In this document: positions 27,205 through 39,072 of the stretch, one piece after another
Layout of the letters: every line of letters begins with the position of its first letter
Numbering within the stretch: position 1 is the first letter of the stretch
DNA from: Botryllus schlosseri
Taxonomy: Eukaryota
Length of the DNA: 64,000 nucleotides
Direction: 5' to 3'
Assembly (NCBI GenBank): GCA_051294905.1
Contig: CM119372.1
Span: 1,116,001 to 1,180,000, forward strand
Position numbers and translations under genes: made by a program
The notes under the pieces: generated by a model
Databases searched by the model: none
The model's input: only the letters and a program-made list of their open reading frames with translations
Told to the model about the DNA's origin: nothing

Positions 27205-29514
27205 CGGGTGAGTACAGTTGCTTTCTCAAGGTCTTCCTATCTTCCCCACTCAAGCGCGGTAAGACTAGTTTGACTTCGCGGCATTCAGGATTATATCTCA
27301 CGAAGCTCTGAATGGAATTCACGTATTCCACGTCGACTATCGTTCTGTTGCTATCACTGAGGTCGATTGCCTTTAGCTGTTCATTGAATAATAGGCGATT
27401 TAGATCAATTTAAAAAATACAGAAACGAACTGCATCGCTACATCGGGATCTACTATTGAGCAGAAAGATCTTACTGTAGCGCATCGCTTTCCCGTCTCTT
27501 CGCTCAGATTCCTGATTTGCATGGAAAGCATCTTGCAATTACTCAGATTAAATTCTTCCACACGGGAATTGCACAGGACTTTAGTTAGTGTTTTGTAGCA
27601 GGATGAAATGCCAGGATTTCTACTTAAATCCAGCGAATGCAGCTAAAACATGGTGTAATGTTCAAATATTTTACGAGACTACAAACGACTCGGCACCTGT
27701 AATAGATTAGTCATAATATTATTTATCAACAGTTGAGCAATTTTTGCGATTTCTGCTCCTAATAGCAAAACTGATGCAACACCGAAGACAATAATGAAGC
27801 TCGAAAGGTTATTGAAGAAACCATCTAAACTAGCTTTAAAATGAATGAACGATTGAAAAAACCTCTTGCTTAGAAGCAGTGATAGTATTTATTTTCAGAT
27901 GTGATCATAAACACTTTATTGATGATAAAAGTTCTATCGATCGATGAAATGTCATGCTTGAATATGACTAAAACTCACATAAGCATGACACTGTGATTGA
28001 TTATTTCAGTTAGAAAACATAACGGATCTTGTTCAAATGATCACCTCATGAATTCCGAGACCTTTATTTAATGAGATTAGTGAGTCTTCGTCCAATTCGC
28101 AAGCTGAAAGTCGAACGTTTTTCGTGTTATGCTTTCTTACAAAGCATCCAACTTCTTTCAAACCTGTCGGTTCCATATCCGTATTATAACTCAGATCAAG
28201 GTTTTCGACCTACAAATACAGTAATTTATTTCAAAATGACACACAAAACTATAGAAACGAGTGAGTACCTCGATAGAAGCAAAACTTTCAAAAGCGCGCA
28301 TTTCCTCGGGTGTAAGGTCACACCCCTTCATGATAAGAGTAACCGCTTTGTCTTTACAAAGTAAGGCAGGCAGCGCGGTCATACACTCTTCATCCAGCTG
28401 ATTGTAGCTGATGTCAAGATATTGGAGCTGAACAAATATAGGAAACTGTCAATTTACGATCAGCATTGATCAGATATAAAACATTTCAAACTGATAACAG
28501 AAAAAATGTTGATTAGCCACTCACGTCATAATATACGCGAAATGTGCTAAGATTAAACTAGAATTTGCTCTCTCCATCCATCTCCGCACAATCGCTCATA
28601 CAGAATGTGATCATTAACGACTGAACCCAGCAATAATCGCGCATACCTTACTGTTTTTGAGCTGTAGAGCAACGAAATCTTTTGACTGCAAATGCGAGTT
28701 CACAAGTGACAAATAGGTTAGATCGTTCGAAATAATAGTCGCGAGTTGCGTAAAGTTAATGTTTTCCCCGTAGCTGAGATTGAGGTTTCGTAATTTCACC
28801 TATAGGAATGAGGTATTAGGAAATCTCACTTCGAGAGGTTCTATACTAGATTAGCGCCTAGCTTTTCCCATCATCAATACCTGATGCCGCCTGATAAGTT
28901 GATCCAAAATGATTAGAAAATCTTCGGATCCATCACTTTCTTCCAGATTGAGCTCCGTCGAACCACACTCCTTCATCAACTCGCATATTACTGGGAGGAG
29001 TTTTTCAATGTCGTCGTGTGCTGTAACGCTGAGTTTTCTTATTTCGACCTGAACGAGCGCAAAACTTAACGCATAAAACGCTAAATGAGCTATGAACAGT
29101 TTAACACTGATCAACTTTGGCTATAGCCTATCTAATAAGGCTATTGAGACTGATTCCTATACAAGTAGCAATTGAGCATTGTTCGCTACGTTACCTTCAA
29201 TTCTCGCCTTAACACATTAGTAATAGGGAACAACGCGATTACGATGAAAGTTTTTTTAAAGTCGTATCTGAATATTATACAGATAACATACTTATATTGA
29301 ACGTGAATTTATAATGATCAGTGACTACGAGTGGAATGTGTGAAGGCGTTTACCACAAATTCAAATCCACGAATTTTATCCAGTAGTATCTTTACGAGGT
29401 TTTCATTGAGATCGCATTGACGAAATTCTAACTCATACACGCGACATTGCTGAATAAGACCATTCGCGATATTATGTATATCCAATTCAGTCGTAGTTTG
29501 GTGAAAGAGCCCAT
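27205..29514 (-). pseudogene. 5'-truncated spliced LRR gene segment, left-arm copy
   Basis: Exons 29514-29354, 29048-28881, 28799-28647, 28427-28269, 28209-28045, 27642-27475, 27376-27205; mirror of the right-arm exons. Confidence 0.75.
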
Positions 29515-31310
29515 GATCATGATCATGATGAAGTGAATATTCCTTATGGGCTCTTTCACCAAACTACGACTGAATTGGATATACATAATATCGCGAATGG
29601 TCTTATTCAGCAATGTCGCGTGTATGAGTTAGAATTTCGTCAATGCGATCTCAATGAAAACCTCGTAAAGATACTACTGGATAAAATTCGTGGATTTGAA
29701 TTTGTGGTAAACGCCTTCACACATTCCACTCGTAGTCACTGATCATTATAAATTCACGTTCAATATAAGTATGTTATCTGTATAATATTCAGATCAGACA
29801 TGGGGTAATCGCGATTAGTAATCGTAATCGATTACGACGATTACAGCATTTTGAAGTAATCGTAATCGCAATCGATTACATTCGAAAAAAATCCGAAGTA
29901 ATCGTAATCGTAATCGACTACTTCCCATATTTAATCGATTTTTTTGTGAAAGAACGATTACTTTTTGTTTGTACAAGGACTATGACATAAACTGAATATT
30001 CGTGAACAAGAATGAGATAATATACCAGGTCAGCGGTAGCACAAACGTCTGTTTTCAAACGCCACTGACTCATTATTACGTCAGAAGTATTAGCTCCGCT
30101 CGTCATTGCGTATGAAGTATCCAAACATAGTAAACAGACATGCGACGGACATTAGTAGTGTGATTTTAAGAACAACTCCCGTGGTGTATATCAGGTTATC
30201 AATACACTAGAGAAGTCCCTACCTCGCAGCAGGATATTGATCACCACTCTGCCTATAGTTTCAAATAGTAACTTATGTATTGATGTTTGGTTGTGCTTAG
30301 TTAAACGCAGTTTACCGTTGCTGCTTGGCGAGCAGGAGGCCTACGTACGCACGTGCACCTCACAAAGATTCGGAATTTTGTATACTCGTCGAATAAAACA
30401 TTGCAGTTTCCACAACGAAGCATTACAAATAAACAGCTGCTGATATATATCATAACCGAGCCGTGCTTAGCCGTTTCTCGTAATGGCAGCTCGCTCTATA
30501 TGTATTAAGTTGAAGGCAGAATTTTTATGTTCACTATATCTTATTCTCATATAACTACTTGAAACGGGCGTAAATCGTTATTTCACAGTTCATTACTCAG
30601 CATTTGGACCTGCCGCCATAACCATCCGCTTATATAGCTTGACATGTTAGCGTGGGTTTTAGCTAGAATCAGCAATTCAGCCAATTCAGCCACAACAGCA
30701 ATTCGTCCCCCTGTCCAACCGTTGGTCAATTTTCAAAACTGAATTTCGTCAATAATATTGGTAATTGCATTATATTAATATTCATTTATAACCTCTCTCA
30801 GCCCCGAGTGTCAGATTTACCTCTAGAGCTGGGGCATGTAATTCATAATCATAGCATCTGGTATGTTGTTATAATTACTTTATTGTATGTTGTTAATTCG
30901 CGACCTCCAGTCTGTTGTATAATCAAAAGATATTGTACTCGCCCAAACGTAGCAGACTAAAAGAATATCTCTCGTGAGACGCACATAAAAATTGTCATGA
31001 CTTTATTCCTTTGTGGGTGCGCCGGGTGGCATTTGCATTTTGGGCCCAGATTGGAAGGACAGGAGTAGGCCTACCCACGCCCACCCAGCGCGACTATTGC
31101 CAATGGACGAATACCCTAAGTTTCGGCCATGTTATTTCTTTGGTATCACATCCCGTGGAGTTGCGTGTTGGCCGAAGCTGCATATGTCTTTTGGTGTGTT
31201 GTGGGATCGTGGCGCGGTAATAACCGGATCCGAAACGCCTGTTCCCATAAAATAGCCCATGTATGTTTTTCTTGAGGGGAAGAGGTATGCATTCCAGCTA
31301 TCTACTGGAG

Positions 31311-31784
31311 CAGGGGTCACCAACCGTTTTGAAACAAAAAGCTACTTATTGTGTAGTGTGTAGGCCTACTGATTATTGCGACGACCGATGAATTACAACT
31401 TAGTCCCGCCGTTTATCCGGGTTCAGTTGGATTTCTTTATTTAGAGTAAGACAATCAGAGCACTGGGCCGGGTTTCCGCCCCTTACCAAGAACAAAAAAG
31501 CTCACTCGCCGGGACTCACACCAGCTATTCCGGGTTCAGTTGCGTTGCTGCAGTGCGCGCCGAAGCGCCAATCTCCGCGTCGAGACTCGGGAATATTAAC
31601 TATAGATTCGCGTGGGCGAAGACAAGCAATGCCCCGAGTGACTGCGATCGTATGTTCCTTGGGGTCGGCCGACCCATGTTCAACTGTTGCTCATATGAAA
31701 CCAGCTTCAACTTTCAAATCTCTTATTTGGATATTTGCTACAGCGACCGCGGGCGACTCATTTGGTCCGCGTTGGTGACCCCTG
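31311..31784. mobile_element. hAT-type MITE carrying 28S rDNA fragments
   Basis: TIR CAGGGGTCACCAAC...GTTGGTGACCCCTG; imperfect TSD TACTGGAG/TACTAGAT. Confidence 0.75.
31395..31748 (-). pseudogene. Degraded 28S rRNA fragments (two non-contiguous LSU segments)
   Basis: TCCCGCCGTTTA...TCAGAGCACTGGGC and GACCCATGTTCAACTGTTGCTCATATGAAACC...ATATTTGCTAC match the antisense of conserved eukaryotic LSU core sequence (recognised from memory). Confidence 0.8.
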
Positions 31785-34700
31785 TACTAGATACTTTTGA
31801 ATCGCAAAGCTCGAAGAACTTTTTCAAAAATTAATTAAATTCTCGAAAATACTCTATAATTTATGTTGGTTTACGAAAAACTGTTGAGTCCCCTTCGAGC
31901 ACGCTCCCCACCCTATTAAGGAACTTGGGATGCGGCAGGTAAAGACCTGGCAATAATGCAAATCGTTGGGTGCAATAAATCATCCACTATAAAGTTGGGC
32001 AATTGGTATATTATGACGTGATAAGCAAATGACGCATGATGTATGAAGACAGTTGATATCTCATTAGGCCTTTTCATCGCAATCCTTGTATTGTCTACCA
32101 ACATATCATTTAAGAAGCAAAACAAATGTAATCGTGGGTAATCGTGATTACTTTTCCAATGTAATCGTAATCGTAATCGACTACTTCCTGATTTTGCTGT
32201 AATCGTAATCGTAATCGTAATCGCGTGATTCCGAAGTAATCGTAATCGCAATCGATTACATTCATGAAGTAATCACCCCATGTCTGATTCAGATACGACT
32301 TTAAAAAAACTTTCATCGTAATCGCGTTGTTCCCTATTACTAATGTGTTAAGGCGAGAATTGAAGGTAACGTAGCGAACAATGCTCAATTGCTACTTGTG
32401 TAGGAATCAGTCTCAATAGCCTTATTAGATAGGCTATAGCCAAAGTTGATCAGTGTTAAACTGTTCATAGCTCATTTAGCGTTTTATGCGTTAAGTTTTG
32501 CGCTCGTTCAGGTCGAAATAAGAAAACTCAGCGTTACAGCACACGACGACATTGAAAAACTCCTCCCAGTAATATGCGAGTTGATGAAGGAGTGTGGTTC
32601 GACGGAGCTCAATCTGGAAGAAAGTGATGGATCCGAAGATTTTCTAATCATTTTGGATCAACTTATCAGGCGGCATCAGGTATTGATGATGGGAAAAGCT
32701 AGGCGCTAATCTAGTATAGAACCTCTCGAAGTGAGATTTCCTAATACCTCATTCCTATAGGTGAAATTACGAAACCTCAATCTCAGCTACGGGGAAAACA
32801 TTAACTTTACGCAACTCGCGACTATTATTTCGAACGATCTAACCTATTTGTCACTTGTGAACTCGCATTTGCAGTCAAAAGATTTCGTTGCTCTACAGCT
32901 CAAAAACAGTAAGGTATGCGCGATTATTGCTGGGTTCAGTCGTTAATGATCACATTCTGTATGAGCGATTGTGCGGAGATGGATGGAGAGAGCAAATTCT
33001 AGTTTAATCTTAGCACATTTCGCGTATATTATGACGTGAGTGGCTAATCAACATTTTTTCTGTTATCAGTTTGAAATGTTTTATATCTGATCAATGCTGA
33101 TCGTAAATTGACAGTTTCCTATATTTGTTCAGCTCCAATATCTTGACATCAGCTACAATCAGCTGGATGAAGAGTGTATGACCGCGCTGCCTGCCTTACT
33201 TTGTAAAGACAAAGCGGTTACTCTTATCATGAAGGGGTGTGACCTTACACCCGAGGAAATGCGCGCTTTTGAAAGTTTTGCTTCTATCGAGGTACTCACT
33301 CGTTTCTATAGTTTTGTGTGTCATTTTGAAATAAATTACTGTATTTGTAGGTCGAAAACCTTGATCTGAGTTATAATACGGATATGGAACCGACAGGTTT
33401 GAAAGAAGTTGGATGCTTTGTAAGAAAGCATAACACGAAAAACGTTCGACTTTCAGCTTGCGAATTGGACGAAGACTCACTAATCTCATTAAATAAAGGT
33501 CTCGGAATTCATGAGGTGATCATTTGAACAAGATCCGTTATGTTTTCTAACTGAAATAATCAATCACAGTGTCATGCTTATGTGAGTTTTAGTCATATTC
33601 AAGCATGACATTTCATCGATCGATAGAACTTTTATCATCAATAAAGTGTTTATGATCACATCTGAAAATAAATACTATCACTGCTTCTAAGCAAGAGGTT
33701 TTTTCAATCGTTCATTCATTTTAAAGCTAGTTTAGATGGTTTCTTCAATAACCTTTCGAGCTTCATTATTGTCTTCGGTGTTGCATCAGTTTTGCTATTA
33801 GGAGCAGAAATCGCAAAAATTGCTCAACTGTTGATAAATAATATTATGACTAATCTATTACAGGTGCCGAGTCGTTTGTAGTCTCGTAAAATATTTGAAC
33901 ATTACACCATGTTTTAGCTGCATTCGCTGGATTTAAGTAGAAATCCTGGCATTTCATCCTGCTACAAAACACTAACTAAAGTCCTGTGCAATTCCCGTGT
34001 GGAAGAATTTAATCTGAGTAATTGCAAGATGCTTTCCATGCAAATCAGGAATCTGAGCGAAGAGACGGGAAAGCGATGCGCTACAGTAAGATCTTTCTGC
34101 TTAATAGTAGATCCCGATGTAGCGATGCAGTTCGTTTCTGTATTTTTTAAATTGATCTAAATCGCCTATTATTCAATGAACAGCTAAAGGCAATCGACCT
34201 CAGTGATAGCAACAGAACGATAGTCGACGTGGAATACGTGAATTCCATTCAGAGCTTCGTGAGATATAATCCTGAATGCCGCGAAGTCAAACTAGTCTTA
34301 CCGCGCTTGAGTGGGGAAGATAGGAAGACCTTGAGAAAGCAACTGTACTCACCCGGTAAGGGGATATTTTCCGAATAAATATGTATCTAGAGGGAATTAG
34401 GCGTTCGTTTTCCTTCACTTGATAATACTTAGCGTGTTCATTTGCCATATTCCATGCAATATTTGATATAATTTGAGCATAACTCTGCTAGGGTTTGCCT
34501 AGTGACAGTACTTACTCAAGTTGTTATGGTTATGGTTTAGAGCAGGTGTGGTCAAACTATAGATTACTAACCTACGGATAGATACGCAAGTCCCGTCGTT
34601 ACGCTCCGGCAAGCAGTTACACTTATTGCTCAGCAATCTAAAAGCAGCATAATTGGTGGTGTCACAACTTGCGACCTGAGGGGTGAAATTTATTGAAATT

Positions 34701-35618
34701 GGTCTTAATCGAGAGCTACTGTCGCACTGATTCTGAGAATACAAATTAAAATCTTGTCAGGAAATGGAACCATGTCAAACCATCCCTCAAAGTCTGAAAA
34801 TCGGCATTGTTCTGAACAATCGCTTGACGAAATTGGCCATTGTTATGTTCATCCTGTTGCGGTGGTGCCATTGTTGGAACAATGCCGATTTTCAGACTTT
34901 GAGGGCTGTTTTGAGGTGGTTCCATATCCCGGCACGATTTTAATTTGTATTTTCGGAATCAGTGAGGCAGTAGCTCTCGATTAAGACCAGTTCCATTACA
35001 TTTCAGCCCTCGGGCCGCAAGCTATACCTCCTCCAATTATGCTGCTTTTGGATTGCTCAGCAACAAGTGTAACTGCTTGCCGGAGCGTAACGACGCGACT
35101 TGCGTATCTATCCGTAGGTTAGTCATCTATAGTCCAACTGAGCCCTCGATATCCGATGCATAGAAACCGGATGCAATACAGGTGCTATTACAGTTGCCTA
35201 CTACAACTTAATGAATTATAACGCTAATATTCACTCCGCTATTGTGGAACGTCAAGGCTGACAAAACACCTAATATTAGACTACATTTGCGAGCTAATGC
35301 GTGGAACAATACTAATACTAATTAGCGAAGGTATTGTTTGGTGGATGCACGTGAGGCGAGTGGGGTAATTTATGACATTTAGACAGCGGTGTCAAAACAA
35401 GAATATTTACGTCACTGAATTTAAGGCTGACAAACAACCTGATATTAGATTACATTCGCAAGCTAATGCATCGGAAATAACAGTCGAAGGTATATTCGGA
35501 AGCGTATTCGGATCCCTGTTTGAACTGTTATTGATCCCAACAGCTATTGGTACCTATTTTGTGATGCGATTGTTGATATACAATGTTCGTTCCAATTCTC
35601 TACTAGTTGCTGACGATT

Positions 35619-35652
35619 ACCCCTGACGAGTGTCAGCCGAAAATATTCGGGT
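35619..35652 (+). ncRNA. Minimal type I hammerhead ribozyme motif (Penelope-associated)
   Basis: ACCC-CTGACGA-GTGTCAGCC-GAAA-ATAT-TC-GGGT: stem I ACCC/GGGT, intact core, palindromic stem III, UUC cleavage triplet. Confidence 0.65.
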
Positions 35653-38600
35653 TCATTTCAATATGAATATACTATTCAATTGTATAATTATTTAAGCATA
35701 ATGTATAGTCATGTAGATTGTAGGTGTACATCAGACTTGTTTATTCACTTCCGTCGACTGACTTTTATAACACATTTTACACAATCAAATACACATGTGC
35801 AGTTAATAATATCTCTCAAGCATAAAAATGATGTGGTCGAAATGTACGTTTTATTACAAATTTATCTCTAAACAGAATATTCATCCAACGCTGAACGTTG
35901 CGTAATGCCCAATGCGAATATATCCGATAAGATTCCCGCAGGAACAGGATTTGGATTTGAAAATATTAAAGTGTTGTTAACCACAGATTTCAAAATTGCA
36001 ATGAACGTTATCAGAAAATCGTGACTCGAGTCTGACTCCTTACGATGAGATGCTAATGGAATATTTGAGCGATATCGCACTGTGCTAAACGCAATCTCCA
36101 AGCGGTTTCGTTATAAAGATGTTGAATTCAATGTAACATTATCGAGTATAGTAGCCACCTATTTTATGCTTACTTCTTGATTTACACCCAAAGCTGTCAT
36201 ACACATTGATCAAGGTTTTTATAATTTGGAAAAGCTAGTTTTAGTTACGGATATTGAAAAATGAGTAATTCTAGTTCTAGTTGTAGATTTCGAAAAAATT
36301 CAGTAGTTCTAGAATACTAAATTAGCGTCTTGCGTAGCTTTTGAGTGTAATTTAACCCTTGAGTAGTCTCGAGGATGATTTATGCAAGTCAAAATTGACT
36401 TTTTATGAAATGAACGCTATAATGATATCGATTTCACGTGCGTCAAACTAGCAAATCACTCCTACTTCCCATTTTGTTTTGTTTTATGACTCAGCGAAAA
36501 CGGTTATTGCACAATCTATCTCTAACATGCTGTAATATACATGTTCAGACTTGTCTATTCACTTCCGTCGACTGACTTCTATAACACATTTTACACAATC
36601 AAATACACATGTACAGTTAATAATATCTCCCAAGCATAAAAATGATGTGATCGAAATGTACGTTTTATTGCAAATTTATCTCTAAACAGAATATTCATCC
36701 AACGCTGAGCGTTGCGTAATGCGCAATGTCTATGCTCTAATTCCAATTCTAATCGAATGTATGAAATCTTTCTATGCTCTAATTTTAATTCTAATCTAAT
36801 GTCTGGTTTTCCTGGAAATGCTACAGGAGAACTGTATAGTGCGAAACAAGCCAAGCTTGCTGTACAGTAGGGGTGTTAAAAATGACTTCTTATTCTCAAA
36901 TTCTACTGGCTACTTGATAAAATTGTTAGATTACCGAATTGAAGCCTACACACCAAATTTGGTTCAATTCCAACCAGTAGCTGCATTGCTACAGGAGAAG
37001 AAAGTTTTTTATTTATTATTTAAAAATTAGTAAAAAAAATTCGAAATTTTCTGTTCACCCACGAAATTGTAAGGTTGTCTATAGAAACGATGCCCACCAA
37101 ATTTGACTCAATTCGAACCAGTCGAAAAATTTGGATTTGACTAAATTAGTATTTACGGTGGGCACAATGGTAATAAATGATTAAAGAATCGGTCACCGTA
37201 AATACTATTTTATTCAAATCCAAAATTTTGCGACGCCGATAACTCCGCTTCCACTGGTTGGAATTGAGCCAAATCGGTTGAGCATTGTTTCTATAGACAA
37301 CCTAACAATTTAATGGGGTGAACAGAAAATTTTTAATCTTTTTTTTATTCATTTTCATATAATAAATAAAAAACTTTCTTCTCCTGTAGCAATGCGGCTA
37401 CTGGTTGGAATCGAATAAAATCTGGTGTGCAGGCTTCAATTAGGTAACCTAACGATGTTATCAAGTAGCCAATAGAATTTGGAAGAAAAAGTCATTTTTG
37501 AACACCCCTACTGTACAGTGTACAGACATTTGCTATTCTCATGCTCATAAGATGAACTAAGATTTGATATTAACGGAGTTTGGTTCAACTTTTCGCGATT
37601 TGAGTAATTCTAATTCTAATCTAATTTGAAAAAAAAAAAACTGTTAGCTAGAATTATAATTTTAATCTAATTTCAAACTGTGTAGCTATAATTTTAATTC
37701 TACTCTAATTCGAAAAAAAAACTTGTAGTTGTAATCTAATTCCAATCTAATTTGGAAAAAGGGAACGTTTTCTAGTTGTCCAAGTCTGCCTGTTACAGGC
37801 GGTTTTCATGAAAACTATCCATAAATTTCCATCTTGTCGATGCCTAATTGCCCACACGTACAGTGATCGTGTGTGAATATGTTTCCTATAGCGGTAAGTT
37901 CACCCTATCGGGCCACAGTCTGTGCTGCAATGCCTTAGCAAGTGAAACATCTGATTTTTTGTAAGTACTTTGTGAAAATATATATACTTCGTAACGGCTT
38001 CTATTTATGTGGTCTTTCGTTAAGTTATGCATGTTAACATATGTGCCTGTTAATTGGGTTGTGAATATGCATTTTGATTTCAGGATGATGCCACAAGTTC
38101 TTGCTGAAGAAAGTGACTCAACCTTCGCCGTACAAGAGTGTTTTGAGAAAACCTGGAGGAGGCGACTTCCCGATATTACATGGGCGATGTTCTTCGAGCA
38201 GTATTTTCAGTGAATTTTTTTCTCCGTCGCTGGGATCTCTGTTTTTGTTATTTCACGAAATATGTTTCCATTTTATGTTATTATGGTTCAATTGATATCG
38301 AATATATGCAATCAAGACTGTGTATTTGCAATAGTGTGCCATTTGGAAGAAGATACAGGATATCAGGTAGGGTGTATATATTGAAATTGAACCCCTATCA
38401 ATTCTAATGGGTAGGGTGAAATATCCGATGTACACCGCAAGGAAGGGGGTGAATCTGGTCATATACACCGGCAGGGTTACGTAAGTTCTGTTTTCGTGTA
38501 CCACCTTTTGGGGTGTGTATAACCACTCTTTTCGCTAAGAGTGTACGACCATGACTATTCAACGCTTCTACTGACGGATCGTAAAGTTTATCTCCAAATT

Positions 38601-39009
38601 TTACGACAACAGTTTTTCCGGCAAATGATAGTGGGTACTTTTCAGCCATGATCTCAGAGCCATTTTTCACATCACAAAACATCCAGAAAGAGGCAGGCTT
38701 AATCAAGGCATAATCGCAGTTTATCTACTAAGCGTATCTAAACCGTTGAAAATCTATTCCCTAATGACAACTGTGCGATACTCAACAATAACAAAACGCA
38801 GCTGTTCGAACTTAGTGGATCCCATACAGCATTGCTAGCTCTAAATACTCCATTGAAAAATCTATTCCCCAATGAGTTAGATAACAGTGCGTTACTCGTA
38901 GCGATTCAATCGTATACTCTATAATATCAAAAACGTAAATGACTCGGTGGATATCACTGCTATCTCTAAATACTAGTTGCATAGCTGAGGCTAAATGCCG
39001 TAAATGACT

Positions 39010-39072
39010 ACTGGGTTGGCCGAGTGGTTAAGGCGTTGGGCTTAAGTTCCAATGAGCAAGTGTTCACGTGGG
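39010..39072 (+). pseudogene. Truncated tRNA-Leu(UAA), right-arm copy
   Basis: ACTGGGTTGGCCGAGTGGTTAAGGCGTTGGGCTTAAGTTCCAATGAGCAAGTGTTCACGTGGG: D-arm, TAA anticodon arm and long variable arm present; T-loop and 3' acceptor strand missing. Confidence 0.75.

Larger units (their letters stand above)
21773..29514 (+). repeat. Left arm of the giant inverted repeat (7742 bp)
   Basis: Reverse complement of 29546-29794 plus 32287-39789; ORF track is mirrored (coordinate sums 61560-61562); about a dozen differences seen by eye. Confidence 0.97.
29795..32286. mobile_element. 2.5-kb non-autonomous hAT-type element with (GTAATC)n subterminal arrays
   Basis: TIR CAGACATGGGGT...ACCCCATGTCTG; perfect 8-bp TSD ATTCAGAT (29787-29794 and 32287-32294); the left arm has the empty site. 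Confidence 0.9.
29515..34355 (+). pseudogene. 5'-truncated spliced LRR gene segment (RI-like/NLR-type LRRs), right-arm copy
   Basis: Open exons joined in phase 0 with AG/GT: up to 29706 (VYELEFRQCDLNENLVKILL), 32512-32679, 32761-32913 (LRNLNLSYG), 33133-33291 (LQYLDISYNQL), 33351-33515 (VENLDLSYN), 33918-34085 (LHSLDLSRN), 34184-34355 (LKAIDLSDS). Tentative last exon 35987-36024. Confidence 0.8.

Noticed and set aside
31916..32388. ORFs with RLRL/ITIT/DYDY repeats
   Set aside because: These are translations of the (GTAATC)n subterminal array of the hAT element.
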